From: Gemmatimonadota bacterium
GTDB lineage: Bacteria > Gemmatimonadota > Gemmatimonadetes > Palauibacterales > Palauibacteraceae
Reading direction: 5' to 3'
DNA length: 64,000 bases
Assembly: GCA_046758745.1 (NCBI GenBank)
Contig: JBHIAV010000001.1
Location: 1-64,000 of the forward strand
The translations under genes were made by a program, and so were the position numbers. Under the pieces are notes generated by a model. The model did not search any database, was not told the DNA's origin, and was given only the letters and a program-made list of their open reading frames with translations. Positions 38,105 through 47,957 of this stretch are shown piece by piece; positions within the stretch are counted from its first letter, which is position 1; each line of letters begins with the position of its first letter.

Positions 38105-39046
38105 GTGGGCGAGGGTCGATACCGGCACATGCCGGTCATGCTGGAGAAGGCGGTCGCGTACCTCCGGCCGGAGCGCGGAGGAACGTTTCTCGACGGGACG
38201 ATCGGCGGTGGCGGACACGCGGAGCGGCTGCTGCAGGCCGCACCGGACGTTCGATTGATCGGGTTGGACATCGACCCCGCGGCGGTCGCCGCAGCGGAGA
38301 ATCGACTGCGGGAGTACGGCGATCGCGTCCGGCTGCTGAACGAGAACTTTCGGAACTCGGCCGGACTGCTGGCCGGCTATGTGAACGAGAAAGGTCTGGC
38401 AGGCGCGCTCCTGGATGTCGGGGTGTCGTCGATCCAGATCGATGATACGGCGCGCGGGTTCTCCTTTCGCCGGAGCACTCCGTTGGTCATGCGGATGGGC
38501 GGGACAGCCGGCGAAGGGAGACCCGCTGCCGATTTCCTCAACTCGGCGTCCGAGCAGGAGCTCGGGCGCGTCTTTCGCGAATACGGTGAGGAGCGGAAGT
38601 GGCGGGCGGTGGCGCGTGAGATCGTTCGTCGACGCCGGGCGGCCCCGCTCGAGTCGAGCGATGATCTCGTCGCGGCGCTTACGGCCGCCCTGCGGAGGAG
38701 CCTCTCGATGCGCGACAAGGCGCGGCTCTTCCAGGCGGTGCGGATAGCCGTGAACGACGAGCTAGGCGCACTCCAGGAGGGACTGGACGGGATTCGCGAG
38801 CTGCTCGGCCCCGGCGGGCGGCTGGTCGTGATCACGTATCACTCGTTGGAGGACCGGATCGTCAAGGACGCGTTCCGCGAGTGGAGCCGGAGCTGCGTGT
38901 GTCCCCCGGGTGTCCCGGAGTGCCGGTGCCGCGGGGTTCCGCTCGGACTGACGCTGACGCGAAGGCCGATCCGGCCCTCCGCCGAGGAGGTGAGCGCGAA
39001 CCCGCGGGCGCGCAGCGCCAAGCTCAGAGCCTGGGAGCGGGCGTGA
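38105..39046 (+). CDS. rsmH: 16S rRNA m4C1402 methyltransferase
   Basis: HMPVM, DGTIGGGGHA, DVGVSS.Q, FQAVRIAVN.E, YHSLEDR, NPRARSAKLR. Confidence 0.97.
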   Translation: MGEGRYRHMPVMLEKAVAYLRPERGGTFLDGTIGGGGHAERLLQAAPDVRLIGLDIDPAAVAAAENRLREYGDRVRLLNENFRNSAGLLAGYVNEKGLAGALLDVGVSSIQIDDTARGFSFRRSTPLVMRMGGTAGEGRPAADFLNSASEQELGRVFREYGEERKWRAVAREIVRRRRAAPLESSDDLVAALTAALRRSLSMRDKARLFQAVRIAVNDELGALQEGLDGIRELLGPGGRLVVITYHSLEDRIVKDAFREWSRSCVCPPGVPECRCRGVPLGLTLTRRPIRPSAEEVSANPRARSAKLRAWERA

Positions 39047-39402
39047 CGCCCCGCCGCCGCCCGAAGCGAGCGAGCGCCACGCGGCGGGAGAGCGTCCGGC
39101 GCCCGGGTTCCCTGCGGCGCCGCGCCATCCTGATCGCGGCGCTGGCGGCTCTCGTCTCCGGCATGCTCGTCTCGATCCGCCGGGGCGCCGAGGGGAGGCG
39201 TCTCTCGGAGCTCCTGGAGGAGCTCGAGCGGGAGGAGCGCGCGGCTCGAGCGCGACTGGCCGATGTGATGGTGCGGGTCGACTCCCTCGGCTCTCGCGAG
39301 CGCATCCTGGAGGCGGGGCGCGAGCTCGGTCTTCGGCCGGCGATGGACGGAGAGATCATTTTTCTGTCGGAGCCCGGCTCTGGGGAAGGAGAGACACCTT
39401 GA
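39043..39402 (+). CDS. ftsL: FtsL-like cell division protein
   Basis: Position between rsmH and ftsI; basic N-terminus, one TM, coiled coil, ..ELGL. Confidence 0.75.
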   Translation: MTPRRRPKRASATRRESVRRPGSLRRRAILIAALAALVSGMLVSIRRGAEGRRLSELLEELEREERAARARLADVMVRVDSLGSRERILEAGRELGLRPAMDGEIIFLSEPGSGEGETP

Positions 39403-41393
39403 GCGGAGACCGGTCGCGCGTGACGCGGGGCACCCATGCCCGTCGCTGCGGCTTCTTCGCCGCCGTCCTCATCCTCGCTGCTGCCGCGTGCGTGGTGCGC
39501 GCCGGCCAACTGCAGCTCGTCGAGCGCGAGCGGTGGCGCCAGAAGGCGCTCGCGCAGAGCGAGCCGAGAGTGGAGATCCCGGCTTCGCGTGGCGGGATGT
39601 ACGATCGTGCCGGGCGGCCTCTCGCCCTCGATGGGCACGAGTACCGGGCGTACCTTGCGCCACGGGAGGTGACGGACCGTAGCGCCGCGGTCTCCACGAT
39701 CGGCCGAATCCTCGGCCTCACCCGGGCGCAGGTGGCTGCCCTGCGCGGTGCCGCGGCCGGCTGGGTGGCGATCCCGAGACGGGTGAGCGACCTCGAGCGC
39801 GATCGGCTCGTGCAGGCGCTCGGCCGCGCGGTCCACTTCGATCGTCTCGGCTCGAGGGTCTACCCGGAAGGGGGCCTGGCTCGGGCGCTGCTCGGATCGG
39901 TCGGTCCCGACGGATCCGGGCTGTCGGGCCTCGAGCTCGTCCTCGATGACCTGCTCACCGGGCGGCCGGGGGCCGCCATCCAGCGCCGGGATGCACGAGG
40001 GGCCACGTATCGCCTACCGGGGGCGCTGCTCACCGAGCCGGAGCCGGGTCACGACGTCTATCTGACCATCGACGCGGAGCTACAGGCGATCGCGGAGGAC
40101 GCGCTCGACCGAGCGATCCGTCAGACCGGCGCTTCGGGCGGCGACGTCGTATTGGCGGATCCGAGGACGGGCGAGCTCCTGGCGGTGGCCAGCCGGGGCT
40201 CCGACGGAGGGCGGCGCATCCCGGCCTTCACAGATCCGTTCGAGCCCGGTTCTACGGCGAAGCCGTTCCTCCTCGCCGCGCTGCTCGCCGAAGGGGCGGC
40301 GAGCCTCACCGATCGGGTCTACGCCGAGCACGGAGAGTGGCGCGACGGATCACGGACGATCCGCGACGTCCACCCGTACGACACGCTCTCGGTCGCAGAG
40401 GTGATCCGCTTCTCCAGCAACATCGGCGCGGCCAAGCTGGCCAAGCGTCTCGAACCGGGGCAGCAGTACCGTTATCTGCGCGACTTCGGCTTCGGCACGC
40501 CGACGGGCGTGGAGTACCCGTCCGAGTCGGGCGGGCTGCTGCGCCGCCCCGAGAACTGGTCGGGCCTCAGCCAGGCGTCTCTGGCTTTCGGCTACGAGTT
40601 CATGGTGACTTCCCTGCAGCTCGTCGCCGCGTACGCAGCCCTGGCGAACGGCGGCGTCCTGATGCAGCCCGGGCTCGTGCGGGAGGTGCGGGCGGCCGAC
40701 GGCTCCGTGGTGTGGCGGCGGCAGCGGGAGCCCATCCGCCGGATCATCTCGCGGGAGCTGGCCGATACCATCTCTCGCGTCCTCGGGTCGGTGGTCGCGG
40801 AAGGCGGCACCGGCAGGGAGGCGGCGCTGGCCACGCTGCCCGTCGCCGGGAAGACGGGCACGGCCCGCATCGCCTCGATCGGCGGATACGGGGAGCGACG
40901 GTACGCCGCGTCCTTCGTGGGGTATGCCCCCGTAGACGATCCGCGTCTGGTGGTCCTCACCAAGCTGGAGGATCCCCAGGGTCGGTACTACGGTGGCCAA
41001 ACGGCAGCCCCGATTAGCCGGAGTGTGGTGCAGGCGGCGATGGCCACGCGGGGGATCGCTCTGCGGGGGGCCGAGGATGCGCCGACCGAAGGCTGGAGGT
41101 GGAACCGCACGGCGAATGCGGGACACTTCTTCCTCGTGGCGGCCGGGCCGCAACCTCCGCGGACGGCCGTCCCGCGCCCCCGATGGGAGGGAGGTGCGCT
41201 AGGTCCTCCGCGGGAGGATGCCGATGCTTTCCCGGTGCTTCCCGACCTGCGCGGGCTCAGCGTACGGGCGGCTGCGGCCCGTCTGCACGAGCTCGGCCTC
41301 AGCGTGGAGCTGCTCGCGTCGGGCCACGTGCGGGAGCAGCGGCCGGCTCCCGGCACGCGGATGAGGGCCGGCGAGACGATCACGCTGCGATGA
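39399..41393 (+). CDS. ftsI: Penicillin-binding protein FtsI with C-terminal PASTA domain
   Basis: RGGMYDR, EPGSTAK (SxxK), SSN, KTGT; LPDLRGLS PASTA. Confidence 0.93.
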   Translation: MSGDRSRVTRGTHARRCGFFAAVLILAAAACVVRAGQLQLVERERWRQKALAQSEPRVEIPASRGGMYDRAGRPLALDGHEYRAYLAPREVTDRSAAVSTIGRILGLTRAQVAALRGAAAGWVAIPRRVSDLERDRLVQALGRAVHFDRLGSRVYPEGGLARALLGSVGPDGSGLSGLELVLDDLLTGRPGAAIQRRDARGATYRLPGALLTEPEPGHDVYLTIDAELQAIAEDALDRAIRQTGASGGDVVLADPRTGELLAVASRGSDGGRRIPAFTDPFEPGSTAKPFLLAALLAEGAASLTDRVYAEHGEWRDGSRTIRDVHPYDTLSVAEVIRFSSNIGAAKLAKRLEPGQQYRYLRDFGFGTPTGVEYPSESGGLLRRPENWSGLSQASLAFGYEFMVTSLQLVAAYAALANGGVLMQPGLVREVRAADGSVVWRRQREPIRRIISRELADTISRVLGSVVAEGGTGREAALATLPVAGKTGTARIASIGGYGERRYAASFVGYAPVDDPRLVVLTKLEDPQGRYYGGQTAAPISRSVVQAAMATRGIALRGAEDAPTEGWRWNRTANAGHFFLVAAGPQPPRTAVPRPRWEGGALGPPREDADAFPVLPDLRGLSVRAAAARLHELGLSVELLASGHVREQRPAPGTRMRAGETITLR

Positions 41394-41475
41394 AAGAGGG
41401 CGCATCCCGGTGAGGGCCGCATCGACGGCACCGGCGGTTGCCGGAACCCGACAGAACAGGGATGCGGGGTCGACC

Positions 41476-42936
41476 GTGATCTCAAAGGACGACATCGAGA
41501 GGCGGCTCAGGGAGAGGGCGATCTCAGCCCAGTGGTGGGGCGCGGTGCCCGACGGCTTCACGGCCCTCGTGGCCGATTCGCGCGAGGCCCGACCCGGTGT
41601 GCTCTTCTGCGCCGTCCGTGGGACGCGGGTCGATGGGCACGCCTTCCTCGGCGCCGCCGCGGCGGCGGGTGCGGCCGCAGCGGTGGTGGAGTCCGTCGAT
41701 ACCTCGCTCGGCCTCCCACAGCTCCTCGTGCCGGATAGCCGCACGGCTCTGGCTCACCTCGCCTCGCTGGCCCATTCCGACCCGGCGGGCTCGCTCCGGC
41801 TCATCGGGGTGACCGGGACGAACGGCAAAACCACGACCACCTGGCTGAGCCGGCATCTTCTGGGTGAGCTGGGACCGGCGGCGGCGCTCGGGACTCTCGG
41901 TCTCATCGATGCATCAGGCACGGCCCGTCCCGGCAAGCTGACCACGCCCGGGCCGATCGAGCTGATGCGAGCGCTCGCCGAGGCGCGGGCCTCGGGAGCC
42001 GACCTCGTCGTGATGGAGGTTTCCTCGCACGCCCTTGCCCAACGCAGGGTGGAGGCCCTCGCCTTCGCGGGGGCGATATTCACCAACCTGACCCAGGATC
42101 ACCTGGACTACCACGCGGATCTCCGTCGTTACCGGGAGGCGAAGCTCCGCCTTGCCGCCCTCGTGGAGGCCTCCGGCGCCTGTGTGGTAAACGCGGACGA
42201 TCCCGCCTGGGGCGGTGCCCCCTTCGCTGGCCGCCGGGTGATCCGGTACGGGCTCTCCCCGGCCGCGGAGGTGCGGGCCGTCGACGTTCGGCTCGACCCG
42301 ACAGGGAGCCGGTGGCGCCTGGTGGCGCCGGAGGGAGAGGCGGCAGTGCATCTGCCGCTGCTCGGAGAGTTCAATGTGTACAACGCGCTGGGCGCCGCTT
42401 CCGTGGCCCTGTCGATGGGCGTGAGAGCGGAGCGGGTCGCCGCCCTTCTGGCGGCGGCACCGCAGGTACCCGGCCGGCTGGAAGTCCTGGCGCACCGTCC
42501 CGCCACGGTGCTCCGCGACTACGCGCACACGCCGGACGCCCTGGCCCGCACGCTGGACGCGGTGCGGCCCGCGACGGGCGGGCGTCTGTTCGTGGTCTTC
42601 GGCTGCGGTGGGGATCGGGACCGAGGCAAGCGTCCGATGATGGGGCGCATCGCGGTCGAGAAGGCCGACATGGCCATCGTCACCTCGGACAACCCCCGCT
42701 CTGAATCTCCGGCCGACATCGCGGCCGACATCGTGACCGGTCTCCCGGAGGGGAGCTATCGGATCGTGCTCGATCGGCGCGAGGCGATCGAGGCCGCGCT
42801 CGAGAACGCCCGCCCCGACGATGTCGTGCTCCTCGCCGGCAAGGGGCATGAGCGGGTCCAGATCTTCGCCGATCGTGAGATTCCGTTCGACGAAGCGGAG
42901 ATCGTCGCGGAGCTCACGGGTGAGGGGGACGCGTGA
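41476..42936 (+). CDS. murE: UDP-MurNAc-tripeptide synthetase (meso-DAP type)
   Basis: TGTNGKTTT, MEVSSH, DHLDYH, DYAHTPD, DNPR, AGKGHE; start 41410 or 41476. Confidence 0.96.
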   Translation: MISKDDIERRLRERAISAQWWGAVPDGFTALVADSREARPGVLFCAVRGTRVDGHAFLGAAAAAGAAAAVVESVDTSLGLPQLLVPDSRTALAHLASLAHSDPAGSLRLIGVTGTNGKTTTTWLSRHLLGELGPAAALGTLGLIDASGTARPGKLTTPGPIELMRALAEARASGADLVVMEVSSHALAQRRVEALAFAGAIFTNLTQDHLDYHADLRRYREAKLRLAALVEASGACVVNADDPAWGGAPFAGRRVIRYGLSPAAEVRAVDVRLDPTGSRWRLVAPEGEAAVHLPLLGEFNVYNALGAASVALSMGVRAERVAALLAAAPQVPGRLEVLAHRPATVLRDYAHTPDALARTLDAVRPATGGRLFVVFGCGGDRDRGKRPMMGRIAVEKADMAIVTSDNPRSESPADIAADIVTGLPEGSYRIVLDRREAIEAALENARPDDVVLLAGKGHERVQIFADREIPFDEAEIVAELTGEGDA

Positions 42937-44306
42937 CGGCGGCCGCCTTCGGCTCGGACGAGCTGCGCCGGATCTTCGGTCTCCCTCGAAACGGAACGGA
43001 CAGCCGTTTCACATCCGTCTCCACCGATACCCGCGACCTCAAACCCGGCTCTCTGTTCATCGCGCTGCGGGGCGAACGCTTTGATGGAGCGGACTTCCTC
43101 GAGGAGGCGGCGGCGAGAGGGGCGCTAGGGGCCGTGGTGCCGCGTGGGCGGGAGGACGTGAAGATCGACCTCGAGTGGTTCCCGGTCGCGGACCCGGCCC
43201 GCGCGCTCGCCGACCTGGCGGCCCACTACAGGATGCGGCGGGGAGCGAGGGTGGTCGGCGTGACCGGTAGCTCCGGCAAGACTACGGTGAAGGAGATGAT
43301 CGGCCACGCCCTGGGCGGGGTCCTCCGGGTGCACCGCACCCGCGGGAACCTGAACAACCAGATCGGCGTGCCGCTCTCGATCCTCGCGGCTCCGGAAGAG
43401 GCCGAGGTGTGGGTGCTCGAGCTCGGCTCGAGCGCGCCGGGGGAGATCGCGCGACTCGCCGAGATCTCCGCGCCCGACGACGCCGTGGTGACGACCGTCG
43501 GCCCGGCGCACCTGGAGGGGCTCGGCGACGAGATCGGCGTGATGGCCGAGAAGATGGCGCTCCTGCGTGGGGCCGCGCCCGAGGGAGCCGTGGTGGTCGG
43601 CGAGATCCCGGCGGTGCTTCCCAAGGAAGCGCGGCGTCTTCGCCGGGACACGGTGGTCGCCGGACTCGGACCGGCGTGCGACTTCGTACCGGACCGCTGG
43701 CACGTCGGGCCGGCGGGCGTGGCATTCGAGCGCCGCGGCGTCGAGTACCGGGTCGGTGTGGGGGGAGAGCACCATCTGCGCGACGCGCTGCTGGCGGCGG
43801 CGGTGGCGGAGTCGCTCGGGGTCCCAGCCCGGGAGGCCGCCCTCGGCCTCGCGAACTACAGGCCTGTCGGAATGCGCGGGGCGCTCCGGCAGCTCGGGCG
43901 GCTCACAGTGGTGGCGGACTGCTACAACGCGAACCCGGAGTCCTTCGAGGCGGCCATCCGGTACTGCATCGAGGCGTTCCCGGGGCGGCGACTCACCGCG
44001 GCCGTCGGCTCCATGCTGGAGCTGGGCGCCCGGGCCGCCGAGGCGCACCGGGCGGTGGCGAAGCGGATCGTCGAGGCGGGTTTCGAGCTCGTGGTGGCGA
44101 CGGGTGACTTCCGCGAGGCGTTCGAGTCCATCAGCCGGCCGAACGGAACGACCGTCCTCCAATCCGAAGGACCGGAGGACATGTGGGCTGCGCTCGGGTC
44201 GCACCTCACCGGGGAGGAGGTGGTGCTGGTGAAGGCATCTCGAGGGGTGCGGCTCGAGCGCGTCGTCGAGCGGCTGGAGGAGCAGTTCGGCGGGGCGACG
44301 GGCTGA
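42933..44306 (+). CDS. murF: UDP-MurNAc-tripeptide D-Ala-D-Ala ligase
   Basis: TGSSGKTTVKE, NLNNQIGVP, DCYNANP, MLELG, KASRG. Confidence 0.96.
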   Translation: MTAAAFGSDELRRIFGLPRNGTDSRFTSVSTDTRDLKPGSLFIALRGERFDGADFLEEAAARGALGAVVPRGREDVKIDLEWFPVADPARALADLAAHYRMRRGARVVGVTGSSGKTTVKEMIGHALGGVLRVHRTRGNLNNQIGVPLSILAAPEEAEVWVLELGSSAPGEIARLAEISAPDDAVVTTVGPAHLEGLGDEIGVMAEKMALLRGAAPEGAVVVGEIPAVLPKEARRLRRDTVVAGLGPACDFVPDRWHVGPAGVAFERRGVEYRVGVGGEHHLRDALLAAAVAESLGVPAREAALGLANYRPVGMRGALRQLGRLTVVADCYNANPESFEAAIRYCIEAFPGRRLTAAVGSMLELGARAAEAHRAVAKRIVEAGFELVVATGDFREAFESISRPNGTTVLQSEGPEDMWAALGSHLTGEEVVLVKASRGVRLERVVERLEEQFGGATG

Positions 44307-45412
44307 TGCTCTACCACCTGCTCTTCCCGCTCGCCGACCGGCATATCCTGTTCAACGTTTTCCAGTACATCTCCTTCCGGGCGGCGGGCGCGATGGTCAC
44401 CGCCCTGTTGGTGAGCTTCCTGGTCGGCCCCGCGGTGATCCGCTGGCTCGAGAAGCGGGATTGGGGTCAGGTCGTGCGCCTCGACGGTCCCAAGTCGCAC
44501 CTGAAGAAGGCCGGCACCCCGACGATGGGGGGAATCATCATCCTCATCGCGGTGCTCCTGCCGGCGCTCCTGTGGGCCCGTCTCGACCAGTGGCAGGTGC
44601 TCATCGCGGTCGCGGTCACCTTCAGTACCGCAGCGATCGGCTTCACGGACGACTGGCTCAAGGTCGTTCAGCACCAGTCGCGTGGCCTCATCGCCCGCCA
44701 CAAGCTGTGGTGGCAGACGCTCCTCGGGCTCACGGTCGGGCTCTTCCTGCTCATCACGCCGCTCTCCGGGCACCCCGCGGCCCAGACCACCGTCCCGTTC
44801 TTCAAGGACATCCAGGTGCTGTTCTGGGCGCCTGCCTTCCCGCTCTTCGTCGCACTCGTGATCATCGGGAGCTCGAACGCCGTGAACCTCGCCGACGGGC
44901 TGGATGGCCTGGCCGCCGGCCTCAGCGCCATCGCCGCTCTCACGTTCGGCGCCTTCGCGTATGCCATCGGGCGGACGGACACCTCCGCCTATCTCGGGCT
45001 CCAGTACCTGCCGGGGTCCGGGGAGCTCAGCGTCTTCTGCGCTGCCCTGTCGGGCGCGGCGATCGGCTTCCTGTGGTTCAACGCCCCCCCGGCGCAGGTG
45101 TTCATGGGCGACACAGGCTCCCTCGCGCTCGGCGGGGCGATCGGCACCGTGGCGGTCCTCCTGAAGTCGGAGTTCCTCCTCCTCATAGTGGGCGGCGTCT
45201 TCGTGGCGGAGGCGGTCTCCGTGCTCCTGCAGACCACGTTCTTCAAGTACAGCCGCTGGCGGAGCGGCACGGGCCAGCGGCTCTTTCGCATGGCTCCGCT
45301 CCACCATCACTTCGAACAGCTGGGATGGCCAGAGACACGGATCGTCATCCGCTTCTACATCATGGCGATCATCTGCGCGCTCGTCGGGCTCGCCACGCTG
45401 AAGCTCCGATGA
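44306..45412 (+). CDS. mraY: Phospho-N-acetylmuramoyl-pentapeptide transferase
   Basis: KAGTPTMGG, NAVNLADGLDG, FMGDTGSL, MAPLHHHFE. Confidence 0.97.
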   Translation: MLYHLLFPLADRHILFNVFQYISFRAAGAMVTALLVSFLVGPAVIRWLEKRDWGQVVRLDGPKSHLKKAGTPTMGGIIILIAVLLPALLWARLDQWQVLIAVAVTFSTAAIGFTDDWLKVVQHQSRGLIARHKLWWQTLLGLTVGLFLLITPLSGHPAAQTTVPFFKDIQVLFWAPAFPLFVALVIIGSSNAVNLADGLDGLAAGLSAIAALTFGAFAYAIGRTDTSAYLGLQYLPGSGELSVFCAALSGAAIGFLWFNAPPAQVFMGDTGSLALGGAIGTVAVLLKSEFLLLIVGGVFVAEAVSVLLQTTFFKYSRWRSGTGQRLFRMAPLHHHFEQLGWPETRIVIRFYIMAIICALVGLATLKLR

Positions 45413-46815
45413 TGACGGAGCGGATCGAGCCGGCTTTCGCGCCCGGGGCTTCGGTGGCGGTGCTCGGCCTCGGACGGTCCGGCATGGCCGCGGCGCGCCT
45501 GGCTCATGCACGCGGGGGACGGGTGTACGCGAGCGACGTGGGGCGGAACGAGGCCGTAGAGGGAAACGCGGCGGCGCTGCGCGAAGAGGGGATGGAGGTG
45601 GAGATCGGCGGACACGACCTCGATCGTATCCGCGCCGCGGACCTCGTGGTGGTCAGCCCCGGCATCGGTCCGGACACGTCCGTGCGACGCGAGCTCAGCA
45701 CCGCCGGGGTCCGCACGATCGCCGAGGTGGAGCTGGCTTATCGCGATGTGAGGTCTCGCCTCATCGGGATCACCGGTACGAACGGGAAGACCACGACCAG
45801 CGCGCTGGCCGGCCATCTGCTCCTCGCCGGGGGTGTGGAGGCGGTCGTAGCCGGAAACATCGGCCGTCCGCTCGCCGAGATCGCCCTGCTGGAGCGGCAT
45901 CCGGCGTGGGTGGTGGTGGAGCTGAGCTCCTTCCAACTCGCCGACCTCGAGCTGTTCACCCCCGACATCGGCTTGCTGCTGAACCTCTCCCCCGACCACC
46001 TGGACCGGTACCGGGATGTCGCTGCCTACTACGCGGACAAGCAGCGCCTCTTCGCGAACGCCGGTCCCGGAAGCCGTTGGGTCCTGAACGCGGACGACGA
46101 GCTTGTGCTGGACCTGGCGAAGGGCGCCGAGGGTGAGCACTTCCTCTTTTCCGTGGGAGGGCCTGTCGAGCGTGGGGCGTATCTCGCTGCGGACGGATGG
46201 CTGCACCTGCGCCTCGGAGAACGGTCCGGCCGGTGGACCTCCGTCTCGGAGCTCAAGCTCGTCGGCCGCCACAACGCTGCCAACGCGCTGGCTGCCGGAC
46301 TCGCGGCCGCGCTGGTGGGGTGCGCCGACCGAGAGATCGCTTCCGGTCTGCGGGAGTTCGAAGCGCTCCCCCACCGCTTGCAGCCGATCGGCGAGCGGAA
46401 CGACGTCCTGTGGGTCAACGACTCGAAGGCGACGAACGTCGCGGCCAGCGCCGTGGCGCTGCGGGCGTTCGATCGCCCCGTGGTCCTGCTGCTCGGCGGG
46501 CGTCACAAGGGAGAGCCGTACACCTCGCTCATTCCCGAGCTGCGGCGGCACGGGCGGGCGATCGTGGCCTACGGCGAGGCAGCGCCGTACATCGTGGCGG
46601 ATCTGCGGGAGGAGGTCTCGACGATCCGCGTCGAAAGTACCCTCGAGTCCACGGTGCGGGCGGCGGGAGACCTGGCCGAGCCCGGAGACGTCGTGTTGCT
46701 GTCGCCGGCCTGCTCGAGCTACGACCTCTTTCCGGACTACGAGGAGCGAGGCCGGGCCTTCGAGCGGGCATTCCTGGCCCTCGATGATGCCGCGCCTCGG
46801 GAGCGTGTGTCGTGA
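45409..46815 (+). CDS. murD: UDP-MurNAc-L-Ala-D-Glu ligase
   Basis: GLGRSG, SPGI, TGTNGKTTT, ELSSFQL, NDSKATN, SPACSSYD. Confidence 0.96.
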   Translation: MMTERIEPAFAPGASVAVLGLGRSGMAAARLAHARGGRVYASDVGRNEAVEGNAAALREEGMEVEIGGHDLDRIRAADLVVVSPGIGPDTSVRRELSTAGVRTIAEVELAYRDVRSRLIGITGTNGKTTTSALAGHLLLAGGVEAVVAGNIGRPLAEIALLERHPAWVVVELSSFQLADLELFTPDIGLLLNLSPDHLDRYRDVAAYYADKQRLFANAGPGSRWVLNADDELVLDLAKGAEGEHFLFSVGGPVERGAYLAADGWLHLRLGERSGRWTSVSELKLVGRHNAANALAAGLAAALVGCADREIASGLREFEALPHRLQPIGERNDVLWVNDSKATNVAASAVALRAFDRPVVLLLGGRHKGEPYTSLIPELRRHGRAIVAYGEAAPYIVADLREEVSTIRVESTLESTVRAAGDLAEPGDVVLLSPACSSYDLFPDYEERGRAFERAFLALDDAAPRERVS

Positions 46816-47954
46816 GGAGGCGGCCGTGGGCCGGGTGCGCCGAGCAGGCTGCAGACGGCTCGGCATGGACCCGGAAGGGGCTGCTCGCCCTCACCCTCCT
46901 TCTGGTTGGCTTTGGCCTCCTCTCCGTGTACAGCGCCAGCTCTTTCGTGGCCCAGGCGGAGGGGCTCCCGGACAGTCACTACCTCTTCGCCCAGCTGAGC
47001 CGGGCGGCGCTCGGGCTGCTGGTGCTGGCGGTGGCCAGCCTCATCGACTACCGGATCTACCGCTCCCTCGCCTGGCCGCTCCTCGGGCTGAGCGCCATCC
47101 TCCTCTTCATCCTGCTGCTGCCGGGAACCGAGTCGATCGCGCCTCGCCTCAACGGCGCCCGTCGGTGGCTCCATCTCGGCTTGCTCTTCCAGCCCTCGGA
47201 GCTGGCCAAGATCGCCGTCGTCGTGTGGGTGGCAGCCCTGGCAGTGAAGAAGCAGGACCGTCTGCACAGCTTCCGCCACGGCCTCCTGCCGTTTCTACTG
47301 GTGGTCGGGGCCATCGCTCTTCTCGTCCTTCTCGAGCCGCATTTCTCGGCTGCGCTGCTGATCGCGGTGCTCGCCGGCGTGGTCCTCTTCTGCGCCGGTG
47401 CGCGCCTGGGTCACTTCGTCTTCCTCGGCCTGCTGGCGCTCCCGGTGGCGTGGAATCGGATGATGAGCGAGGGTTACCGGGTCGCCCGGATCGCCGCCTT
47501 TCTCGATCCGGAGACGGCGGCTTCGGAGGGTGCCTACCAGCTGCAGCAATCGCTCATCGCCGTGGGCTCGGGCGGGCTGTTCGGCATCGGCCTTGGGAAG
47601 AGCCTGCAGAAGCTGCACTACCTGCCGGAGCCGCAGAACGACTTCATCTTCTCGATCATCGCCGAGGAATGGGGACTGATCGGGGCCGTCGCCGTCATCG
47701 CGCTCTTCCTCGGCTGGTCCCTCCTCGGTCTCCGGATCGCCACCTGCGCCTCCGATCTGTTCGGCCGGCTGCTGGCCGTCGGCATCACCGCCCTCGTCTC
47801 GCTGACGGCGTTCGGGCATATCGGAGTGACGCTCGGCCTCCTCCCCACGACGGGGGTGAATCTGCCGTTCATCAGTGCCGGGGGAACGAGCCTCGTCCTC
47901 ACGCTTGCCGCCACCGGCATCCTGCTGAACGTCGCCAAGAAGCGGAGATGCTGA
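46812..47954 (+). CDS. ftsW: SEDS family peptidoglycan glycosyltransferase FtsW
   Basis: NGARRW, FQPSELAK, YLPEPQNDFIF, LPTTG..LPFISAGG. Confidence 0.95.
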   Translation: MRRRPWAGCAEQAADGSAWTRKGLLALTLLLVGFGLLSVYSASSFVAQAEGLPDSHYLFAQLSRAALGLLVLAVASLIDYRIYRSLAWPLLGLSAILLFILLLPGTESIAPRLNGARRWLHLGLLFQPSELAKIAVVVWVAALAVKKQDRLHSFRHGLLPFLLVVGAIALLVLLEPHFSAALLIAVLAGVVLFCAGARLGHFVFLGLLALPVAWNRMMSEGYRVARIAAFLDPETAASEGAYQLQQSLIAVGSGGLFGIGLGKSLQKLHYLPEPQNDFIFSIIAEEWGLIGAVAVIALFLGWSLLGLRIATCASDLFGRLLAVGITALVSLTAFGHIGVTLGLLPTTGVNLPFISAGGTSLVLTLAATGILLNVAKKRRC

Positions 47955-47957
47955 CGC